DNA from: Bacteroidota bacterium
GTDB lineage: Bacteria > Bacteroidota > Bacteroidia > UBA8524
Direction of reading: 5' to 3'
DNA length: 64,000 nucleotides
Assembly: GCA_008933805.1 (NCBI GenBank)
Contig: WBUH01000011.1
Location: forward strand, 53,117-117,116
Of this stretch, positions 56,334 to 64,000 are shown piece after piece. The notes under the pieces were generated by a model, which saw only the letters and a program-made list of their open reading frames with translations, was not told where the DNA came from and made no database searches. How positions within the stretch are numbered: position 1 is the first letter of the stretch; each line of letters starts with the position of its first letter. A program made the position numbers and the translations under genes.

Positions 56334-57479
56334 TTATTTAACCTGCAACGCTTGTTCCAAGTCGGCTAGCAAATCTTCAATATCTTCAACTCCTACGCTA
56401 AGGCGCAAAAGACCGTCGCTAACGCCTGCTTTTTCGCGTTCTTCTTTAGGAATGCTGGCGTGCGTCATGCTGGCAGGGTGACCGATTAATGATTCAACAC
56501 CACCCAACGATTCAGCCAATGAAAATACCTCAAACGATGAAGCCACGCGGAAGGCTTCTTCTTTATCATCGCCTTTAAGGGTAAAGCTAATCATACCGCC
56601 AAAATCGCGCATTTGTTTGCGGGCAATTTCATAGCCGGGGCTGTCTTCAAAACCGGGCCAATATACTTTGCCTACACGTGGGTGTTGGCGCAAGTAATGT
56701 GCAATGGTGCGGCCGTTGCTGCAATGGCGCTCCATACGCAAATGCAGGGTTTTTATACCGCGCAATACCAAAAAACTGTCCATAGGGCCGGGAGTAGCTC
56801 CGCAGCTATTGTGTATAAAGGCTAATTGCTCATACAAGCTGTCGCTGTTCATGCACAAAGCACCCATTACCACATCGCTGTGGCCGCCCAAATATTTGGT
56901 AACGCTATGCATTACAATATCAGCACCCAAATCCAAAGGGTTTTGAAGGTAGGGAGACGCAAATGTATTATCTACTGCCAGTGTAATGTTGTGTTGCTTG
57001 GTAATAGCAGCTATGGAAGCAATATCAATAATCTTACAAGTGGGGTTGGTAGGAGTTTCTATCCAAACCAGTTTGGTAGCAGGGCTAATGTGTTGTTTCA
57101 GATTATCTGCCACTGTTAAATCAACAAACTTAAAGCTGATGCCAAAGTGGGCAAACACCTTTGTAAACATACGGTAAGTACCGCCGTACAAATCATCGGC
57201 ACAAATTACCTCATCGCCGGGGCGCATTAGTTTGGCTACTGCATCAATAGCACCCATACCGCTGCTAAAGCACAAGCCGTATTTAGCATTTTCCAAAGCG
57301 GCAATACAATCTTCCAACGCCTTGCGGGTTGGGTTTTTGCCGCGTGCATAAGCATACCCTTTATGATTACCGGGGCTTTCTTGCACATAAGTACTGGTTT
57401 GGAAAATAGGAGTCATAATAGCTCCGGTGGTTGGGTCGGGCTCTTGTCCTGCGTGTATGGCTTTTGTTCCGAATTTCAT
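56334..57479 (-). CDS. PLP-dependent trans-sulfuration family enzyme (cystathionine gamma-synthase / beta-lyase / methionine gamma-lyase)
   Basis: 'MKFGTKAIHAGQEPDPTTGAIMTPIFQTSTY' and the Lys-PLP region 'HSVTKYLGGHSDVVMGAL' are present. 381 aa, Cys/Met metabolism PLP family. Confidence 0.9.
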   Translation of the reverse strand: MKFGTKAIHAGQEPDPTTGAIMTPIFQTSTYVQESPGNHKGYAYARGKNPTRKALEDCIAALENAKYGLCFSSGMGAIDAVAKLMRPGDEVICADDLYGGTYRMFTKVFAHFGISFKFVDLTVADNLKQHISPATKLVWIETPTNPTCKIIDIASIAAITKQHNITLAVDNTFASPYLQNPLDLGADIVMHSVTKYLGGHSDVVMGALCMNSDSLYEQLAFIHNSCGATPGPMDSFLVLRGIKTLHLRMERHCSNGRTIAHYLRQHPRVGKVYWPGFEDSPGYEIARKQMRDFGGMISFTLKGDDKEEAFRVASSFEVFSLAESLGGVESLIGHPASMTHASIPKEEREKAGVSDGLLRLSVGVEDIEDLLADLEQALQVK

Positions 57480-57706
57480 CTTCGTTGTCGGTTATTTGTT
57501 ATCAGTTATTGGGATTGCTGTTGGCTCTTGGGTTAGGAATGCTAATAGCCAAAGGCCAACTGTTAAAAGCATTTTGCTGCTGCAAACCTACGGGTTTTTG
57601 ACAAGACTGTTTGACGTGGAACTGGGATAAATTTTTAGTCTGCAAAAAATTTTTCATTTCGGCGTAGGGGTATTGTTTCACATGAATGTCATAAGGGCAT
57701 AAAACC

Positions 57707-58927
57707 ATGAAACAGATTATTTTTTTAGCAGCATTGCTGCTTGCAACGTTAACAAATGTATGGGCACAAAACGACAGCTTGCCCAATGTAGATACTTTAA
57801 GAGCCACCGAAACTGTAATGCCTATGCAGTTTGGCTTTATTCACCCCTTAGGTACTAATGGCTTAAACAGCACGAAAGTGTATAACACGGTTTCGATAAA
57901 CGCCATAAGCGGACATAGCAAAGGCACACTGGGTACTGAAATCTCAGGGGTGTACAGCATTACTAAAGCACACGCCGTAGGGTTTAAAGCCTCAGGGGTG
58001 ATGGACCTTGTGCACGGCAGTGTGTTGGGTACACAAGTAGGCGGTGTGATGGCTTCGGCAGGCGGTGCTTCAAAAGGCTTTCAGGCAGGAGGAGTGGTAG
58101 CTCTGAACGGCGGTAGTTTTGAGGGTTTGCAAGCAGGGGGTGTTTTTGCAGGTAATAATGGAAGTGTTGACGGATTTCAGGCGGGTGGTGTAGTTGCTAT
58201 TATTGGCGGTGATAGTGTAGAAGGTATGCAAGCCGGCGGTGTAGTAGCCATTAGTAACGGAAATATAGAAGGGATGCAAGCAGCAGGTGTAGTAAGTCTT
58301 TGCAAAGGTGATGTTGAAGGCGTGCAGATTGCGGGTGTGGTTAGTCAGGCCCGTTTTGTAAAGGGTGCACAAATAGGCATTATTAATATTGCTGATTCTA
58401 TGGATGATAAATCCGTGCAGCTGGGTTTGGTAAATATATCCCGTAAAGGGGGCATTATGCGCTTTGGGGTAATGACGACGGAGTTCTATAACGCTACAGC
58501 GTTTTTAAAAAGCGGTACGCGCCACTTTCACGGGTATGTGGGTATGGCAACCCAATTGCACGAAAAAGATTACCGTTACGGCCCTATGATTGGTATTGGT
58601 ACCAGTATACGTCTTGCCAACCGCGTTTATATTGAGCCTGAGTGGATGCAATGGTTTGTGATACACAAAAACAATCTGGTGTACAAAAACCGCAGTACAC
58701 AAATACAACAACTAAGAACGATGTTCAGCTTTTCAACAGGCAAAAAAGGGCCTCACATCAGCGCAGGACCAACCATTAACCTCAGCTATACCTCGTATAA
58801 AAATAACAACGGCGAAATTGGGGTTGATTTCTCACCCTCTTACTTCTACAATAAAACCTTTACCCGCAGTCAAGTAAACGTGAGGGCTTGGTTTGGCTAC
58901 AACGTTACGGTCTCGTTGGGTAAATGA
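57707..58927 (+). CDS. secreted hypothetical protein with ~8 tandem 19-residue Gly-rich repeats (xGxQAGGVVAxxxGxxEG) and a beta-rich C-terminal half (possible beta-helix + outer-membrane barrel)
   Basis: Signal peptide 'MKQIIFLAALLLATLTNVWAQ'. Repeats 'GFQAGGVVALNGGSFEGLQAGGVFAGNNGSVDGFQAGGVVAIIGGDSVEGMQAGGVVAISNGNIEGMQAAGVVSLCKGDVEGVQIAGVV'. The C-terminal region has alternating hydrophobic residues typical of beta-strands. Confidence 0.45.
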   Translation: MKQIIFLAALLLATLTNVWAQNDSLPNVDTLRATETVMPMQFGFIHPLGTNGLNSTKVYNTVSINAISGHSKGTLGTEISGVYSITKAHAVGFKASGVMDLVHGSVLGTQVGGVMASAGGASKGFQAGGVVALNGGSFEGLQAGGVFAGNNGSVDGFQAGGVVAIIGGDSVEGMQAGGVVAISNGNIEGMQAAGVVSLCKGDVEGVQIAGVVSQARFVKGAQIGIINIADSMDDKSVQLGLVNISRKGGIMRFGVMTTEFYNATAFLKSGTRHFHGYVGMATQLHEKDYRYGPMIGIGTSIRLANRVYIEPEWMQWFVIHKNNLVYKNRSTQIQQLRTMFSFSTGKKGPHISAGPTINLSYTSYKNNNGEIGVDFSPSYFYNKTFTRSQVNVRAWFGYNVTVSLGK

Positions 58928-58964
58928 TAATGCTTGGTATAAAAGAATAGTCACGGGTTTAAAG

Positions 58965-59090
58965 CTCGTGGCAAAATTACCTGAATATAAAATTCAGGTC
59001 TTTAAACGGTAACGTCCCCAATGGTTTTAAACCATTGGGGACGTATCTATTAAAAGAGGCGGGCTTTATGCCCGTCGACAAAACGGGTTT
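58965..59090. repeat. compound-hairpin dispersed repeat, copy 4 (most complete copy)
   Basis: 'cctgaatataaaattcaggtc', 'cgtccccaatggttttaaaccattggggacg' (perfect 13-bp palindrome arms), 'cgggctttatgcccg'. Confidence 0.7.
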
Positions 59091-59095
59091 AATTT

Positions 59096-60418
59096 CTACA
59101 AACGGGCAGCAACGGCCAATCTTCCGCCAAATCCTGCAGTTTTGGTAGGCAACAGCATTCCTTCAATACCAAACAAACCCAATGCGGTTGAATACCGCTT
59201 GTTAATTTGCCAACCGCACGATTGGTAAATATCAAACGGGCCAAACCCGCCAATGGAAATGCCGGTGGTAGAGTAGAATTTTTTGCCGATAAAGTTTACC
59301 GACTCAATGTTTAACTGCGGACGATAGCTGGCTATCGCCATAGCACGCAAGCGAATGTTTAAGAAGTGCTTATCGTTAAACTTAAGGTAATAGGTAAGTG
59401 CAAAACGGGCAGGCAATGCTGAGCTAAACGCATTTACCGAAAACGGAATGTTAAAACGGGTAACAATACTGTCGCCCAAACGCTCTACGTAGCTCGGACT
59501 GCTCAAACTATCGGGCGAGGAAACAAATACGCCTTCGTATCGTATGGTAGTGTCTCGGCGAGAATAGGTAGAAGAACCTTCTTTCCAACGGATAAAACCA
59601 ATATCGCTAATATCAACGCCAATTCCTGTTTTCTCATTAATAGCCATATTAAACTTCACGTCGCAAATGGCTCCCCAGCCCGAAGGCTCAAGATAAAACG
59701 GGCGGTAGGGCTGAAAATAGCTTTGTTTAGCCTCCAACTCCAGCGATAAGTCAATGTATTCGCCGTTAGATTCGGTAAACATACGTGAACGGCCAATGTC
59801 GTAGCGGCGGTATTCAAATCCCCTTGCAAGTCCTGCGCTCACAGCAATATTTGCCCTGCGGCCTTTTATGGTAAAAAATCGGGTCCAGCCTAGTTGCAAA
59901 GCATCGTAGCGGGTGGTAAGGTATTGCAGGTCGTCAAAAATCTGCTCTTTTCCTGCGCCTTGCTTATTTCCCCTAAAAAAGAAATTACCAAAATCGTTGG
60001 TAAACTCAGCGCTTTGATGCCTGCGGAATGCATACTTCACTGTAAACAGGTGGTTATACATTTTTTTGGGCGAGATAACGAACTGAAACCCTGCGTTGGT
60101 TTCCCTGCCGCCAATGTTTAGCGCCGAAAGTTTATCGGCAGTGGTCTTTATATCGGCAGCGTTCAGTGGTTTTTTAAAGTAAAAATCATACGCAAGGGCA
60201 TTTACAGCACAGTTAGAGCTAAACTCAAGGCCGTAATCGGCCTCAAACATACTGCCCTCGTAGTGGCTGCTTAGGGGGTGCATATAAAAAGCCGTAAACC
60301 TGTCAAGCGGGTTGGGCGTAGCAACAAAACCTTTAGTAGTATCGGTTTGTGCTTTTAGCCCGCTAAAAAACAAAAGTGTAGCAGCAATGGCAGCGGGTAG
60401 TCTAAAAGCGTTGTTCAT
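59096..60418 (-). CDS. hypothetical outer-membrane/secreted protein
   Basis: The start is taken at ATG 60416-60418 ('MNNAFRLPAAIAATLLFFSGLKAQ', signal peptide). No recognisable domain. It overlaps the upstream gene's 3' end and is probably co-transcribed. Confidence 0.5.
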   Translation of the reverse strand: MNNAFRLPAAIAATLLFFSGLKAQTDTTKGFVATPNPLDRFTAFYMHPLSSHYEGSMFEADYGLEFSSNCAVNALAYDFYFKKPLNAADIKTTADKLSALNIGGRETNAGFQFVISPKKMYNHLFTVKYAFRRHQSAEFTNDFGNFFFRGNKQGAGKEQIFDDLQYLTTRYDALQLGWTRFFTIKGRRANIAVSAGLARGFEYRRYDIGRSRMFTESNGEYIDLSLELEAKQSYFQPYRPFYLEPSGWGAICDVKFNMAINEKTGIGVDISDIGFIRWKEGSSTYSRRDTTIRYEGVFVSSPDSLSSPSYVERLGDSIVTRFNIPFSVNAFSSALPARFALTYYLKFNDKHFLNIRLRAMAIASYRPQLNIESVNFIGKKFYSTTGISIGGFGPFDIYQSCGWQINKRYSTALGLFGIEGMLLPTKTAGFGGRLAVAARL

Positions 60419-62531
60419 AAACAAAATCACCGGTAAGTTTAACGTCGAATTTATAATGGCTGTATATTTTAACTGGGGTAGTGCTATTTTTTGGCGTATT
60501 AAAAGTAGCGCGCACTAATAAGCGTTTTGATTGTTTCACTTTTTCCATCCTTTCGCGGCTAAAGTGGGCTTTTAGTACCGAACGCACGGGCGAAATTACC
60601 TTGTTGGTATTTACGTCAACATTTCCAGCTATTACAACATTGTTGGGCATTGCAATAACTGAGTCGGTAATGTTGCCAAACTCATCCAAAAGGTACAATT
60701 GTACGCCCGCTGAAAAGGGAAATGAGTTATCAATAATGATATTGAACGAACCTTCCTTCACGCGGTTCAGATTGCCGTCGCTAAACATTTCAAAAGCCAA
60801 TGTATCAGCAAGCACTAAGTTATCAGCCAATATTGAAAGCGGCATACTTAGCCTTAAATCAGCCCTAAGCTCCGATTTGTCGTAAAGAAAATCTTTCCAG
60901 TTAGATACGTTGCCGTTAGGGTTGGTGGTAACATCCATTTCGTACTCCAACTCATCCGGCATGTTAAGAATAAATGCCTTAACGTTAGAGTTGTTTTTAT
61001 TGAGCAGATACGAGTTTTTCTTCTCCATAAACGGATTATCCGTAGCACGGGGAATGTTTACGGGTGTTCCAATCAGTGAAGGCGCATTAAGAATTACCGT
61101 ATTGCCTGTTCGGGTATTGCGAGATTTAAGGCTCTTAATATCCACCTTTGCCTCAGCTCCAATACCGTTTACAAGGTTCACGGTCAAGTCCATGTCTTCA
61201 AAATCAATGTTTCCCGTAGTGTTTTTAAACATACTGAAGGCTTGTGTAGAAGGGCCTGCTTTAAGCACTTGTTGGCCAAAATAACCTTCGGCATATTCGG
61301 CCACCATGTTTAGTAGGCCGTAATAAATATAAACACTGTCGCTAAGCGAAACGCTGGTTTGCCTTCCCGATGAATCAAGAGTTACGTTCAGCAAGTTCCA
61401 AAACGCATTTACGGTATCATCTACCGATGGGTTACGACCCCTTAAATCAATGGTATATCCTTCAAGCGGAATATCTTTTATTACATCAGTGCCGCCGCCG
61501 GGGGGTGCTGCATTTACCTTCAAAACCTCGCTTACTGAGTTGCCGTTGCGAGTAGCATGCGGTATACTGTAATACACCGTCATGTTTTCTTGTATGGTAC
61601 TAACAATACGCAGGCGCAAAACGCCTTCTTTAATGCGTATTTTCTTCATTTCGGCTCCGTTAAAGTTATACAGCGCGTTCTCGTCTTTGCTGTGCACACT
61701 TTGTGAGGGGAAAATAGCCGTAGCACTCTGCGGTTTTAGTCCGCGTACAGTAATGGTAATATTTACTTTATCGTTTTTGTTTACGGTAACAGGGTTGGGT
61801 GTAGCGTAGGTTTTCATACTTATCACCTGCACCTCTAATGAAGCATCCACCTGTTTGCCCGCCAAGTTGCTGGTAGCTGTTTTTGTTTGCCCCGATAGTA
61901 TATTGGTAAGCTTATCTGTAGCCAGCGTATTGCCGGTAACCTTGTTTATCAGCTTAAACTCAATCTCTTCTATATCCACCGGAAAACCGTTGCTTATTGA
62001 AAAATCAATGTAGCCTTCGTTTAACAATGCTGTTTGAAAAAACGAACTGGCATCTATAGGAGTTGGGGGCACACTGGTTACGTTTTGTGCCGGCACGTTT
62101 ACTGTGAAACCGTGCAAGGCTGCCGCACCCGGAAACGCTTGCTCAAGGGTAATAGCCTGAGACAATGTTCGATCAGACAGCACTAACTTTTCCAACGTCA
62201 AAGTTGCTTTTACCTCCGTATCGGGGATTACAAAAAAGTCATTGGCGCGCGCTGTATACAAGGTATGGTCGAAAACAAGCTGTAATGAGCTGTCTAAGTT
62301 TTCTCTCACTACCGAATCCGTGACCAGTTGATTGAGCGTTAACGAAGTACTGGCAATGGGCGTGAGCATGTTGGTTTCCCATGATGAATACTCATCGCGC
62401 CGACATGAGGCAAAAGCCATCACGGCTGCCAAAATAATCAATACGGGTTTGATAATAGTTTTCAATTGGTTAGGCGGTTTAAGCAAATGTAAGACAATAT
62501 AACTTTTTAATAGACGGAGAAATTGGTGCAA
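60402..62531 (-). CDS. large hypothetical lipoprotein (709 aa)
   Basis: N-terminal 'PVLIILAAVMAFASCRRDEY' is a lipobox. No recognisable domain. The true start may be an internal Met. Confidence 0.5.
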   Translation of the reverse strand: MHQFLRLLKSYIVLHLLKPPNQLKTIIKPVLIILAAVMAFASCRRDEYSSWETNMLTPIASTSLTLNQLVTDSVVRENLDSSLQLVFDHTLYTARANDFFVIPDTEVKATLTLEKLVLSDRTLSQAITLEQAFPGAAALHGFTVNVPAQNVTSVPPTPIDASSFFQTALLNEGYIDFSISNGFPVDIEEIEFKLINKVTGNTLATDKLTNILSGQTKTATSNLAGKQVDASLEVQVISMKTYATPNPVTVNKNDKVNITITVRGLKPQSATAIFPSQSVHSKDENALYNFNGAEMKKIRIKEGVLRLRIVSTIQENMTVYYSIPHATRNGNSVSEVLKVNAAPPGGGTDVIKDIPLEGYTIDLRGRNPSVDDTVNAFWNLLNVTLDSSGRQTSVSLSDSVYIYYGLLNMVAEYAEGYFGQQVLKAGPSTQAFSMFKNTTGNIDFEDMDLTVNLVNGIGAEAKVDIKSLKSRNTRTGNTVILNAPSLIGTPVNIPRATDNPFMEKKNSYLLNKNNSNVKAFILNMPDELEYEMDVTTNPNGNVSNWKDFLYDKSELRADLRLSMPLSILADNLVLADTLAFEMFSDGNLNRVKEGSFNIIIDNSFPFSAGVQLYLLDEFGNITDSVIAMPNNVVIAGNVDVNTNKVISPVRSVLKAHFSRERMEKVKQSKRLLVRATFNTPKNSTTPVKIYSHYKFDVKLTGDFVYEQRF

Positions 62532-62748
62532 TAGGTTGTATAGCGTAAAACTACTGTAAAAATGTGCGTTTTGCTATTGTTTTCGACGAAAGGCTCGTGA
62601 TTGCTGCAATGTTTAGCGGGTAGCAGAGGTTGCCCGATACTGATTTATCTTTCTAACGATAGTTTATTTGTTGATTTTCAAAAATTTGTGTGTTCTAATC
62701 ATGTATTGCTTTACTATTTTAGTAAACAGCGGTGTAATATTGCCAACT

Positions 62749-63411
62749 ATGTCATCTCACCATTTTGTAAAAGAGAAACAAGAGCCGGCGTTGATTATTG
62801 CTAACGGCGAAGAGTGCAGTGCTGAACTGATGGGTCAGTTGCTAGAGTGGCAACCAACTGTAATGGTGCTTGACGGTGCGCTTGACCGTGTGCTTGAGCT
62901 AGGGATAAAGATTGATATTGTGCTGGGTGATTTTGACCGCGAACACCGCCCCGAGGAGAAACTGGCACACCACCAGCCTGTGACGGTTGTGCATACCCCC
63001 GACCAAAATAAAACCGATCTTGAAAAGGGTATTGATTACTTGCTTGAGCAAGGGTACCCCGCGGTGAACATTGTTTGGGCTACCGGCCTGCGCGCCGACC
63101 ATACTATGGCAAATATTACCAATATAGTAAAGTATAAGGGTAGCATAAATATAGTGGTGTGGGATAACTACTCTAAAATTTTCCCGATTAACGGAAATTT
63201 TGAAAAATGGTACCCTAAAGGAACAATTTTATCGCTGGTGCCTGTAGGTTTTGCAGGGGGTATAAGTACAGAAGGGCTTTTGTATAACCTTACTAATGAT
63301 TGGCTTGAATTGGGCAAAAGAATAGGCAGCAGCAATGAAGCTTCGCAAAACGGTATTGTTAAAATCAGTTATACCGAAGGCGATTTATTGCTGATGGAAT
63401 GCCATGATTAG
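62749..63411 (+). CDS. thiamine diphosphokinase (thiamine pyrophosphokinase)
   Basis: 'ALIIANGEE...LDGALDRVLELGIKIDIVLGDFDR' is the TPK catalytic motif (GDFDS-type). There is a C-terminal thiamine-binding beta domain. The start is taken at ATG 62749; the listed ORF begins with TTG at 62668. Confidence 0.75.
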   Translation: MSSHHFVKEKQEPALIIANGEECSAELMGQLLEWQPTVMVLDGALDRVLELGIKIDIVLGDFDREHRPEEKLAHHQPVTVVHTPDQNKTDLEKGIDYLLEQGYPAVNIVWATGLRADHTMANITNIVKYKGSINIVVWDNYSKIFPINGNFEKWYPKGTILSLVPVGFAGGISTEGLLYNLTNDWLELGKRIGSSNEASQNGIVKISYTEGDLLLMECHD

Positions 63412-63644
63412 AGTTGTAGGTTTGAGGTACCCTATCATGTAAATTCAAAAAAAACAAATAGACCTAAAAGCACTATAAATATAGTGGCCACGAATACCCA
63501 AAAAACAAATTGTATTCTTTTCTGGCGTAGTTGATGGCGTTCCCAGGTTAAAGCAGGTTTTTTCTTTTGTTTCATTAACCGTATGCAAATACGTAAATAT
63601 TTCTTTACTGGAAAAGTATTTGCGATTAAAGATTTATGATTTTT

Positions 63645-64000
63645 TTATTGTAATGAAGAGTGCATTCTTAATGTTTTCAATTTGTTTGCAATTAGGTCTC
63701 TTTCTTTTGGACTTTTTGCTAATGCTGCTGATGAGATAAGATGTTGCTCTTCTAATGATTTTTGTCCTGTTATATGGTATATATGTGCCAGAGCAGCGTG
63801 GTACAGATGATGGTTTCTTAGCTCGTTTAGTCGCAATAATAGTTCTATGGACTGCATCGGTTGCCCTGCATGGGCAAGTACAATGGCCTTGTTCAGCTGC
63901 ACCATTGGCGATGGGTTTATCTTTTCTAATAGTTCATACAAACGATATATTTCTCCCCATTCTGTCTTTTCAAATGAAGGGCTAAGACAGTAATACGAGG
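63645..64000 (-). CDS. 5'-truncated CDS running off the window end; helical C-terminal domain of a sigma-factor-like / DUF6596-like protein
   Basis: The reading frame stays open from 63941 to 64000 with no stop ('...SYYCLSPSFEKTEWGEIYRLYELLEKINPSPMVQLNKAIVLAHAGQ...'). The stop is at 63645. The assignment is weak. Confidence 0.35.
   Translation of the reverse strand, partial: SYYCLSPSFEKTEWGEIYRLYELLEKINPSPMVQLNKAIVLAHAGQPMQSIELLLRLNELRNHHLYHAALAHIYHITGQKSLEEQHLISSAALAKSPKERDLIANKLKTLRMHSSLQ

Noticed and set aside
63755-63985. ORF 63755..63985 on the + strand
   Set aside because: It is antisense to an open reading frame that runs without stop off the window end, and its translation is unprotein-like.
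1-64000. rRNA or tRNA genes anywhere in the window
   Set aside because: No stretch shows the conserved T-loop and anticodon-arm architecture of tRNAs or rRNA-like conserved blocks. All long non-coding stretches are explained by repeats.

Overview
This 64-kb window looks like a Bacteroidota chromosome. The evidence is three canonical type IX secretion system (T9SS) C-terminal sorting domains plus a fourth probable one, an archaeal-type prolyl-tRNA synthetase, and a four-helix-bundle gene inserted between gmd and fcl. It is densely coded with about 50 genes. Housekeeping genes (gpsA, dnaN, dnaG, proS, serS, gmd, fcl, a Lhr-like helicase, a PpiD-like PPIase, a Cys/Met PLP enzyme, thiamine pyrophosphokinase) sit among secreted and outer-membrane genes. 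Those include a tandem array of three paralogous T9SS cargo genes, a giant FG-GAP T9SS protein, a probable Kazal-T9SS fusion, a FadL/PorV-like barrel, and an NfeD-flotillin pair. I found no rRNA, tRNA or CRISPR. Several repeat systems are not gene-associated. One is a dispersed ~110-bp compound-hairpin element with four copies, two of which bracket a small secreted-protein gene. Another is a 1.3-kb mosaic of nested direct and inverted repeats at 47.2-48.5 kb. A third is a cluster of short palindromic units around a GIY-YIG nuclease gene at 53.0-54.1 kb. The strongest candidates for something new are a strongly AT-rich orphan gene (48468-49646) wedged between the repeat mosaic and core genes, an extreme W/N/Y-, P/T- and G-rich lipoprotein co-transcribed with a FadL/PorV-like barrel, and a tiny poly-acidic protein behind an HDAC-family gene. 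All functional calls rest on motif recognition by eye. No database search was possible.
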